64,000 nucleotides of DNA. Source: Bacillales bacterium UBA5026 (lineage in GTDB: Bacteria > Bacillota_I > Bacilli_A > RF39 > UBA660). Positions 36,377 through 44,154 of the stretch are shown piece by piece. The stretch lies in the NCBI GenBank assembly GCA_002416285.1, contig DICM01000002.1:4288-68287 (forward strand), read 5' to 3'. The first letter of the stretch is position 1, and each line of letters opens with the position of its first letter. Made by a program: the position numbers and the translations under genes. The notes under the pieces are model-generated. The model made no database searches, was not told the DNA's origin, and saw nothing but the letters and a program-made list of their open reading frames with translations.

Positions 36377-36423
36377 AAAACAAAAACAACCTTTTTGCAA
36401 TAGCAATAGGTTGTTTTTGTTTT
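36377..36423 (+). terminator. strong terminator after the lipoprotein gene
   Basis: A 16-bp stem, AAAACAAAAACAACCT (36377-92) with AGGTTGTTTTTGTTTT (36408-23), around a 15-nt loop. Confidence 0.8.
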
Positions 36424-36440
36424 AACCGTGGCACGTTTTG

Positions 36441-36579
36441 TTTTTGCTTTAGCAAAAATGAAAGTGGCGATAGACTTTTGATAAAGTAACAATGTTACTT
36501 TATCTTAATATAATTTTTGCATAACGATTAATCGCAAAAATTATTGGGAAAGGGGGTATCAAAAGGGTTCTCCCTTTCC
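36441..36579. repeat. cluster of four consecutive inverted repeats
   Basis: IR1 is TTTTTGC/GCAAAAA (36441-58). IR2 is an 11-bp perfect stem, GATAAAGTAAC/GTTACTTTATC (36480-504). IR3 is an 11-bp stem, ATAATTTTTGC/GCAAAAATTAT (36510-44), with the palindrome CGATTAATCG in its loop. IR4 is GGAAAGGG/CCCTTTCC (36547-79), with an alternative AAAGGG partner at 36562-67. Confidence 0.8.
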
Positions 36580-36666
36580 ATATCAATTTTTTTCTTTAGT
36601 TCTTCACTAAATTGTAATTCTTTAGTTTCCATTGTTAACATATCATCGCCCAACCTTTCTTTTTCA

Positions 36667-36744
36667 TAACAAAAAAACTAACCATTTCTAGTTAGTAGTC
36701 TATTGCAATACTCTAAAAGTTAGAGTAACAAACAATCTGGTGCC
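36667..36744. repeat. direct repeat copy 2 (78 nt), contiguous with the intact tRNA-Thr(CGU)
   Basis: See 34559-34635. Its last 7 nt (36738-44) are the 3' end of the tRNA. Confidence 0.9.
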
Positions 36745-36811
36745 GGGTGTAAGAATCGAACTTACGGCTAATCATTACGAGTGACTTGTTTTACCACTAA
36801 ACTAAACCGGC
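36738..36811 (-). tRNA. tRNA-Thr (anticodon CGT)
   Basis: The reverse complement is GCCGGTTTAGTTTAGTGGTAAAACAAGTCACTCGTAATGATTAGCCGTAAGTTCGATTCTTACACCCGGCACCA. Anticodon loop CTCGTAA. There is one T-C mismatch at acceptor pair 6:67. Confidence 0.85.
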
Positions 36812-36929
36812 ATTTCTTAAATATTATATCATAACTGCAAAAAAAGGGAACTATTCCACTCGAAAAAAATAAAAAAACATCGAAATATGTTATAATAAAA
36901 AAAATAATGATGAACAAAAGGAGTAGAAT

Positions 36930-37613
36930 ATGGATCGTTTTATGAGGCTTGAATTATTAATTGGAAAAGAAAAAAGGGATAAGTTAAAACAATCTCACGT
37001 CTTAGTAGTAGGACTTGGTGGAGTAGGAGGATATGTGGTAGAATCCCTTGCTCGCTCTGGAATTGGAAAACTTACTTTGATAGATTTTGATATTATCGAC
37101 ATTACCAATAGTAATCGTCAAGTCATTGCTGTAACCTCTACAATTGGAAAGTCTAAAGCAACATCTTGGAAAGAACGTATCTTAGATATTAATCCAGAAG
37201 CAGAAGTAATCATTCATGAGGTACGATTGACAAAGGATAATGTTGAAGATTATATTAATCCTTCCACCGATGCTATTATCGATGCTTGTGATACATTGGA
37301 AGTCAAAAAAGAACTAATAAGATATTCTTTAAAAAACAATAAATTAAGTATTACTGTAACTGGAACTGCTTTAAAAAAAGATCCAAGTAAATTAGAGGTT
37401 ATGGAGCTACAAAAAACCGCCTATGATCCAATTGCTAGAGAATTAAGAAAAATGGTAAAATTAGAGTTTCCAAAACGTAAATTAATGGTAGTTTGTAGTA
37501 CCGAATCACCGATGAAGAGGGTAACTGAGTCACTTCCATCAGCCGTTTTTGTTCCAAGTGTTGCTGGAATTTTAGCTGCAAACTATATCTTTAAAAAATT
37601 GATAGGAGAGTGA
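36930..37613 (+). CDS. tcdA: tRNA threonylcarbamoyladenosine dehydratase (ThiF/MoeB-fold, TcdA/CsdL type)
   Basis: RLELLIGKEKRDKLKQSHVLVVGLGGVGGYVVESLARSGIGKLTLIDFDIIDITNSNRQ. Confidence 0.85.
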   Translation: MDRFMRLELLIGKEKRDKLKQSHVLVVGLGGVGGYVVESLARSGIGKLTLIDFDIIDITNSNRQVIAVTSTIGKSKATSWKERILDINPEAEVIIHEVRLTKDNVEDYINPSTDAIIDACDTLEVKKELIRYSLKNNKLSITVTGTALKKDPSKLEVMELQKTAYDPIARELRKMVKLEFPKRKLMVVCSTESPMKRVTESLPSAVFVPSVAGILAANYIFKKLIGE

Positions 37614-37617
37614 TATC

Positions 37618-38160
37618 ATGACAACGATTACAAGAGAAATGGAAAAACAAATCAAGGCTATGCGTGGTAGCATTCTTGGTATTAATTTGAATTCTAATAT
37701 GATAGAAAGTCTTAAAAAAAATGAGAACATTACGAGTTGCAACCTTTTAGAGAACGATGGTATTGGACTTTTTAAAGGGAGAAATCGTAAATCAAAAAAG
37801 GGTAAATCAGAACGTGTAACATTAAAAAGATTAATAAAACGATTTGGAAATAAGTCTCACGATTTTTTAATTGCAGACATTAAAACGATTAATTCATATA
37901 AGAAACTATTTATGAAAGACAGTATTAATTTAACAACGACTAAAGTTTATTTGTATATTGAGGAGGACTTTGATGAAAGTCATTTAGTTGCAATGTACAA
38001 ACGTTATACAGATGTCGAAATAATTGAATGTAAAGATGGCAAGATTTTAAAAATAGAGACCGAAAATATTAAGACCAATTATATTTTAGACAAAGTATAT
38101 TTTGTGGTTGATATAGTTTGGGATTTGTTTGATTTAATTAGTGATGTTTTAGTAAAATAA
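37618..38160 (+). CDS. hypothetical protein (180 aa)
   Basis: The ORF starts 4 nt after tcdA. No motif recognised. Confidence 0.5.
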   Translation: MTTITREMEKQIKAMRGSILGINLNSNMIESLKKNENITSCNLLENDGIGLFKGRNRKSKKGKSERVTLKRLIKRFGNKSHDFLIADIKTINSYKKLFMKDSINLTTTKVYLYIEEDFDESHLVAMYKRYTDVEIIECKDGKILKIETENIKTNYILDKVYFVVDIVWDLFDLISDVLVK

Positions 38161-38293
38161 TTTTAAGCAGTATGATTAGGAAGATGTATAATTTATGTTT
38201 TAAACACTGTGTATGAGTTGTAAATAGGATATCTTTTTCTATTCTAAAAAAATAATTTATGCTATAATGAAAAAAACAAAAAGGAGTCATTAT

Positions 38294-39133
38294 ATGAAAG
38301 AAAAATTAATATTAGTTGCAAAAGGCTTTATTATTGGAATTGCCAATATTATTCCAGGTGTAAGTGGTGGCACTTTAGCAATCACACTTGGAATTTATGA
38401 AAAATTAATTGAAGCAATTAGCCATTTTTTATCAAACTTTAAAGAGAATATAAAATTTTTAGTTCCAGTTGGATTGGGAATTATATTGTCATTATTATTA
38501 CTATCAAATGTAATAGGATACTCACTAGATCATTTTCCTGTTCCGACTGTATTCTTCTTTATCGGACTTATCCTTGGTGGAATACCAATGTTAATGAAAA
38601 AAGTAAAAGGAGAATATCAAAAAACAAGTAATTTGATCATTTTCTTAATTATGTTTGTCGCAGTAGCTTCATTTGCCTTTTTGAAATCAGGAAGTAATGT
38701 TGTTTCTTTTGAAAATATGGATTTAATGAAGTATATAATGTTATTTGTCGCTGGAGTAATCGCTGCTGGAACGATGGTAATACCTGGAATTAGTGGCTCA
38801 TTCATGCTTATGCTGATGGGTTATTATGAACCGATTATCAATACCATTCGCAGTCTTACACATTTAGAAAATATTGCAGGTAACATTTTGATATTATTCC
38901 CATTTGGAATCGGAGTTTTAATCGGTATCATTTTAGTAGCAAAAATAATTGAATACTTACTCAAAAAATTTGAAATTAAAACTTATTTTGCAATTTTAGG
39001 TTTTGTTCTTGCCTCTATTATTTCCATTTTAATGGGACTGGGGGATACCAATATTACTGTGTTAAATACCATTATTGGATTGCTATTTGGTTTTATTGGA
39101 TTTGTTATCGCATATATATTAGGAGAAAAGTAG
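38294..39133 (+). CDS. DUF368 family membrane protein (polyprenyl-phosphate transporter family)
   Basis: GFIIGIANIIPGVSGGTLAITLGIYEKLI, repeated as VIPGISGSFMLMLMGYYE. Start chosen at 38294 (AAAGGAG RBS) because the earlier ATG overlaps the TGCTATAAT -10. Confidence 0.85.
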   Translation: MKEKLILVAKGFIIGIANIIPGVSGGTLAITLGIYEKLIEAISHFLSNFKENIKFLVPVGLGIILSLLLLSNVIGYSLDHFPVPTVFFFIGLILGGIPMLMKKVKGEYQKTSNLIIFLIMFVAVASFAFLKSGSNVVSFENMDLMKYIMLFVAGVIAAGTMVIPGISGSFMLMLMGYYEPIINTIRSLTHLENIAGNILILFPFGIGVLIGIILVAKIIEYLLKKFEIKTYFAILGFVLASIISILMGLGDTNITVLNTIIGLLFGFIGFVIAYILGEK

Positions 39134-39212
39134 GCATATGGCCTCTTTTTTCAAAAAAAAGTAGGAAACAAAACGGATGTTTGATATAATAAATAATAAA
39201 GAGGTGATTGCT

Positions 39213-40370
39213 ATGTTTCGTAAAGAAGGAAAAGACAAACAACTTGATGTAAGATCTTTGAATGATCTATTACATCTATCAAATCAAATTTTACGAATTG
39301 CCTATATATTTTTGATTATAGGTGCGATTTATGTAGTAACAATTATTATGAAAGAATGGAATGTCAAACCGACTATTATTATTTTGTTAAAGACGTTAGC
39401 ACCACTATTCATCGGATTATTTATAGCTTGGCTATTTGATCCTTTTGTTCGTTATTTACAGAAAAAAGGAATTAAAAGAAGTTTGGGAACGGCGATTACC
39501 TACATCCTATTTTTAGGATTTCTAGCGCTTGTTATCGGTTCAATTATTCCTGTATTATCTGATCAGATTAATGATTTTGTAAAAACGATTCCAACTGTAT
39601 TTGACACTGTCAAAAATTGGATTGATGTTGCTTTTGATAAATTCAAGAATATCGACAATTTTGATGCGGCGAATATGCAAGCACAATTATCAAAAAAAAT
39701 CGAAGCTTTCGGTACGAATTTAACAGACTCTCTTCCAGAACTTACAGTGAACTTTATTAAAACATTCTTTTCTTGGGCTGGAACATTCTTAATTGGATTA
39801 ATTATTGGATTTTATTTATTGATTAGTTTTAATAATGCAAATGATTTGATAATTACATTACTTCCAAACAGGATGCGAAAGGAAGCAAAAGAACTAATCT
39901 ATCAAGTAAATGGAACTTTAAGAAAATTTGTCCAAGGTGCATTGGCAGATTCAACTTTGATATTTTTAGTATCATCTTTCGGCCTTTGGCTTTGTGGATT
40001 AAGAGCACCATTATTATTTGGATTATTCTGTGGGATCACTAATGTTATTCCCTATGCAGGGCCATATATTGGTGGCGCACCAGCAGTTATTGTTGGATTT
40101 TCACAAAGTCCAACAATTGGAATCTGTGCTTTAGTAACAATCGTTATCATTCAGTTTTTAGAAGGAAACTTCTTGCAACCTTTAATCATGAGTAAAACAA
40201 CAAAACTACATCCTGTAACCATTATTTTAGGACTTTTAGTATTTGGCTACTTTTTTGGGATATTTGGAATGGTTATTTCAACACCAATTATTGGTGCATG
40301 TAAAGCGATATTCTTTTTCTTCGATGAAAAGTATCATTTGTTAAACTACAATAATGAGGAGGTTGATTAA
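39213..40370 (+). CDS. AI-2E family transporter (PerM/YdiK-like)
   Basis: About 8 TM segments. The C-terminal half has ...NVIPYAGPYIGGAPAVIVG...LEGNFLQPLIMSK. Start chosen after the TGATATAAT -10. Confidence 0.85.
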   Translation: MFRKEGKDKQLDVRSLNDLLHLSNQILRIAYIFLIIGAIYVVTIIMKEWNVKPTIIILLKTLAPLFIGLFIAWLFDPFVRYLQKKGIKRSLGTAITYILFLGFLALVIGSIIPVLSDQINDFVKTIPTVFDTVKNWIDVAFDKFKNIDNFDAANMQAQLSKKIEAFGTNLTDSLPELTVNFIKTFFSWAGTFLIGLIIGFYLLISFNNANDLIITLLPNRMRKEAKELIYQVNGTLRKFVQGALADSTLIFLVSSFGLWLCGLRAPLLFGLFCGITNVIPYAGPYIGGAPAVIVGFSQSPTIGICALVTIVIIQFLEGNFLQPLIMSKTTKLHPVTIILGLLVFGYFFGIFGMVISTPIIGACKAIFFFFDEKYHLLNYNNEEVD

Positions 40371-40937
40371 GTGGTTGAACTAGAAAAAAGAGACCCTATT
40401 ATTTACGTTTTGGCAGGTCAAGCTCGTAGTGGGAAAGATAGTAGTGTAGGCTTTTTAAAAGAATATTATGAGAAACTAGGAAAGAAAGTCAAGCAGTTAG
40501 AATTTAAGCATTATTTAGTGGAATACACCAAAGCAATGACCGACTGGAATGGCGACCTCGATAATAAACCACGTGAAGTTTTAAATTATATTGGAACCGA
40601 TATTATTCGTACTCAAATTGATGAGAGATTTTTTATTAAAAGAACTTTAGAAGATATTTTAGTTTATTCTTATCATTTTGATGTTATGATTATATCAGAC
40701 TCTCGTTTTCCAATTGAAATTGAGAGTATTAAAGAGGTATATCCAGAAGCAATCTCCGTTCACTTGATAAGAGAAATTGACGGAATACTTAACGAAAATG
40801 AGAAAAAACATGCAGTTGAAACGAGTTTAATTGGATATCAAAATTATGACTATACCGTTTTCAATGATGGAACATTAGATGATTTAAAAGAAAAAATAAT
40901 TAATATAGCAAAAGAGGTAAAACAAAATGAACATTAA
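40371..40937 (+). CDS. P-loop kinase-like protein (dNMP-kinase-like Walker A GQARSGKDS)
   Basis: IYVLAGQARSGKDS is a Walker A motif, with hydrophobic-strand plus Asp patterns. The GTG start lies 8 nt after GAGGAGG. The 3' end overlaps alaS by 11 nt. Confidence 0.5.
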   Translation: MVELEKRDPIIYVLAGQARSGKDSSVGFLKEYYEKLGKKVKQLEFKHYLVEYTKAMTDWNGDLDNKPREVLNYIGTDIIRTQIDERFFIKRTLEDILVYSYHFDVMIISDSRFPIEIESIKEVYPEAISVHLIREIDGILNENEKKHAVETSLIGYQNYDYTVFNDGTLDDLKEKIINIAKEVKQNEH

Positions 40938-42675
40938 GGATTTATATATTGACTTTTTCGTAAGTAAGGGACATGTGCAAATCCCATCTGCACCGATTAT
41001 TCCTGAAAATGATCCGACTGTACTTTTTAATACAGCAGGAATGCAACCTTTAAAACCATATTTACAGGGAGAACCTCATCCACTTGGTAGACGTTTAACA
41101 GATTTCCAAAAATGTTTACGTATGGATGATCTAGAAGAAGTAGGTGATACAACGCACCACACCTTCTTTGAAATGTTAGGTAATTGGTCTTTAGGTGATT
41201 ATTTTAAAGAGGAATCGATAAAATGGAGTTTTGAATTTTTAACATCTGTTTTAAAAATCCCAGTTGAAAAATTAGCTGTTACGGTATTCGAAGGAAATGA
41301 TATGGTAGAACGTGATGAAGAGTCTGCTAATATTTGGATGAGTTTAGGAATTCCAAAAGATCGTATCAGTTATCTTGGAGTAGAGGATAATTGGTGGCCA
41401 AATATGGAACTACTAGGACCTTGTGGACCAGATACAGAAATATTCTATTGGCGAGATAATAGTGAAGCGCCAAAGATTCATGATCCAAATGACGAGAGAT
41501 GGGTAGAAATTTGGAACAATGTATTTATGCAATACATCCATTTGGAAGATGGAACATTTGAACCATTAAAACAAAAAAATGTTGATACGGGAATGGGAGT
41601 TGAAAGAACTACTGCTATTCTAGAGGGATTCTGTGATAATTACGAAAGTAGTATTTGGAAACCAATTATTCGTAAGATTGAAGAATTATCTGGAAAGATT
41701 TATTATGAATATCCAAAAGAAATGAGAATTATAGCTGATCACATTCGTTCAATTGTTATTGTAGCTGGTGATGATTCCAAGATTTATCCATCCAATAAAG
41801 ATCAGGGGTATATTTTGCGTCGTTTAATTCGCCGTACGATTCGTTATGCAAAACAATTGGATATAGATATGAATTCTGATTTTGATCGTGAATTAGCGCT
41901 TATTATTATTGAGGAATATCAGAAATATTATCCAGAACTAGAACGAAATCAGGATCATATCTTAGAAGTTCTAGCTCTTGAAAAGAAGAAGTTTGCAAGA
42001 ACTCTTGAAAAAGGATTAAAAGAATTTGAACGTTTTATCAAGGATCATGATATGGTTGATGGTTTTACTGCCTTCCATCTATATGATACTTATGGATTTC
42101 CAATTGAATTTACAGAGGAACTTGCTCATGAACAAGGCATAAAAATAGACATTGATGGATTTAAAAAACATTTTGAAGAACATCAAGAAAAATCAAGAGT
42201 AGGGGCAGAACAGAAATTTAAAGGTGGACTATCTAGTAGTAATGATATTAATACTAAATATCATACGGCAACACATTTATTAAATGCGGCTTTAAAAGTT
42301 GTATTAGGTGATCATGTTCATCAAATGGGTAGTAATATTACAGATGAAAGAATGCGTTTTGATTTTTCTCATCCTACCAAAGTTTCCAAAGAAGAATTGG
42401 ATAGAACAGAAGCTCTAGTAAACGAATGGATTAGAGAAGATTTTCCAGTTGTTCGAAAAGAAATGACAAAACAAGAAGCGGTAGAAACTGGTGCTGAAGC
42501 AATGTTTATTGATAAATATGGTGATCAAGTAACAGTCTATCAAATTGATGAAATTTCAAAAGAGTTATGTGGAGGACCACATGTTACTCATACTGGAGAA
42601 CTTGGACATTTTGAAATTAGAAAAGAAGAAGCTTCTAGTGCAGGTGTAAGAAGAATCAAAGCAATTTTAAATTAA
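40927..42675 (+). CDS. alaS: alanine--tRNA ligase, short form (582 aa; catalytic + tRNA-recognition + editing core, no C-Ala domain)
   Basis: FFVSKGHVQIPSAPIIPENDPTVLFNTAGMQPLKPY...FQKCLR...THHTFFEMLGNWS...VDTGMGVERT make up the catalytic domain. Editing motifs are HTATHLLNAALK and CGGPHV. The ORF ends 33 aa after CGGPHV. Confidence 0.85.
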   Translation: MNIKDLYIDFFVSKGHVQIPSAPIIPENDPTVLFNTAGMQPLKPYLQGEPHPLGRRLTDFQKCLRMDDLEEVGDTTHHTFFEMLGNWSLGDYFKEESIKWSFEFLTSVLKIPVEKLAVTVFEGNDMVERDEESANIWMSLGIPKDRISYLGVEDNWWPNMELLGPCGPDTEIFYWRDNSEAPKIHDPNDERWVEIWNNVFMQYIHLEDGTFEPLKQKNVDTGMGVERTTAILEGFCDNYESSIWKPIIRKIEELSGKIYYEYPKEMRIIADHIRSIVIVAGDDSKIYPSNKDQGYILRRLIRRTIRYAKQLDIDMNSDFDRELALIIIEEYQKYYPELERNQDHILEVLALEKKKFARTLEKGLKEFERFIKDHDMVDGFTAFHLYDTYGFPIEFTEELAHEQGIKIDIDGFKKHFEEHQEKSRVGAEQKFKGGLSSSNDINTKYHTATHLLNAALKVVLGDHVHQMGSNITDERMRFDFSHPTKVSKEELDRTEALVNEWIREDFPVVRKEMTKQEAVETGAEAMFIDKYGDQVTVYQIDEISKELCGGPHVTHTGELGHFEIRKEEASSAGVRRIKAILN

Positions 42676-42695
42676 GATAAAATGAATAAAAACTA

Positions 42696-42724
42696 TTGTC
42701 GATATAAAAAAATTATGATACAAT
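42696..42724 (+). promoter_or_regulatory. promoter of the tRNA-Val/Thr pair (TTGTCG-17-TACAAT, TG-extended)
   Basis: TTGTCG at 42696-701, a 17-nt spacer, TACAAT at 42719-24 preceded by TGA. Confidence 0.55.
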
Positions 42725-42736
42725 GGTTTTGTTCTT

Positions 42737-42813
42737 GGGGGATTAGCTCAGTTGGTTAGAGCACCTGCCTTACAAGCAGGGGGTCATAGGTTCGAGTCCT
42801 ATATCCCCCACCA
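42737..42813 (+). tRNA. tRNA-Val (anticodon TAC)
   Basis: Acceptor GGGGGAT/ATCCCCC, anticodon stem CCTGC/GCAGG with loop CTTACAA, T loop GGTTCGAGTCC, encoded CCA. Confidence 0.93.
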
Positions 42814-42814
42814 T

Positions 42815-42890
<76 letters not shown>

Positions 42891-42900
42891 GTGAATTAAC

Positions 42901-42926
42901 AAACTTGCATTTCTGCAAGTTTTTTC
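42901..42926 (+). terminator. terminator after the tRNA pair
   Basis: AACTTGCA pairs with TGCAAGTT around a 4-nt loop, followed by a T5 run. Confidence 0.8.
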
Positions 42927-43020
42927 TTTGTTAAAATGGGAATCTTATTAGATACTCTATTTGTTTGACATTTTAATACTTTTTTGATAGAATATGCTCT
43001 ATTCAAAAAAGGGGATTAAT

Positions 43021-43842
43021 ATGGATAAATATTTTAAATTGATTGAAGAAAAGAAATTTGAACTTAGTGAACTAATATTGAAAAAAGATCAGTTATTAGA
43101 AGAATATGGATATTTAGAAAAAAACAATAATAGCAAGCATATTAGCAGCCTAGAAAAAGAAATTGAAAGTTTAGAAAAGGAAAAAAGTAAGCTTGAAAAA
43201 CAAATTCAAAAGAAGAAGAAAAAAAGAGATAAAAGCTTTGGTTTATTTATTTTTTATTTTGTAATGTTTGGAATCACCATAAATTTTATTTATATTTCTA
43301 TCGCTTTTATAATATTAGGATTACTTGATGTGATGCCATATATTTTAAAAGAATTCGGCTCTAAAGAACAATTGGACAATTTGCTTCGATTGTTTGAAAT
43401 TATAAAAACGATTAATATAAAAAAACAGGAATTAGCAAAGGAAAAAATTAAGGAAATCCATGGATCTAAAATAAAAAAGGAGATAAAATCATCAAGGAAA
43501 CAGCTTAAAAAAATATGCTTATCAATTGAATCGTTGGAAAATGAGATTAATAGTATTCAATCATTAAGAAATAAAATTATAGAAGGAATATTTGAAAATA
43601 ATACAATCAATCTCCAAATTAATTCTTCTGTGAATGAGTATGTAGTTCAAAATAAAATTGAATATCTCAATCTTATACAGATGAATAAAATAGCTCGAGA
43701 AGCACTTCTAGGTAATCCAGAAATTGTACAAATTATAAATATTTCTATGGATAAATGTGTTGAGGAAATTTATAACACTGATACATATAATTCTAGTAAA
43801 GAAAACCCAAAACAGAAGATATTAAATAATAAAAACTTATAA
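43021..43842 (+). CDS. hypothetical coiled-coil protein with a central TM hairpin
   Basis: Heptad-rich EKEIESLEKEKSKLEKQIQKKKKKR is followed by a hydrophobic stretch, FGLFIFYFVMFGITINFIYISIAFIILGLL. AAGGGGA RBS before the ATG at 43021. Confidence 0.5.
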   Translation: MDKYFKLIEEKKFELSELILKKDQLLEEYGYLEKNNNSKHISSLEKEIESLEKEKSKLEKQIQKKKKKRDKSFGLFIFYFVMFGITINFIYISIAFIILGLLDVMPYILKEFGSKEQLDNLLRLFEIIKTINIKKQELAKEKIKEIHGSKIKKEIKSSRKQLKKICLSIESLENEINSIQSLRNKIIEGIFENNTINLQINSSVNEYVVQNKIEYLNLIQMNKIAREALLGNPEIVQIINISMDKCVEEIYNTDTYNSSKENPKQKILNNKNL

Positions 43843-43896
43843 AATATTGTTAATTAAAATGATAAATAGGTATTCTTATAATGGCATGGTGATAAT

Positions 43897-44070
43897 ATGT
43901 TTCGATATCTACAGATTACAAATGATAACCTTTCATTAGCAACAAAAATCCAAATTTTTAATTTTTCCAAAAGAATCAGCATATAAACACTATTTAATGA
44001 TTTTTACGATGCTAATGAATCAAATAGAAGAAAGATATTGGAATTATTTCAAAAATCGAAAAAATATTAG
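43897..44070 (+). pseudogene. internally deleted / frameshifted remnant of a small acetyltransferase-like gene (weak)
   Basis: A promoter-like TTCTTATAAT and an RBS are retained. MFRYLQITNDNLSLATKIQ then FPKESAYKHYL is readable only after a frame shift. A short different-frame tail ...ILELFQKSKKY* precedes the terminator. Confidence 0.25.
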
Positions 44071-44092
44071 AATGATAGTTCTAATATTTTTT
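44059..44092. terminator. bidirectional terminator
   Basis: AAAATATTAGAA (44061-72) pairs with TTCTAATATTTT (44079-90) around a 6-nt loop. Confidence 0.7.
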
Positions 44093-44154
44093 ATATCAAT
44101 ATATTATGTTATTGTTATCTATCAAGTTGACTAAAGCAAAAGATTTTTTATTAT

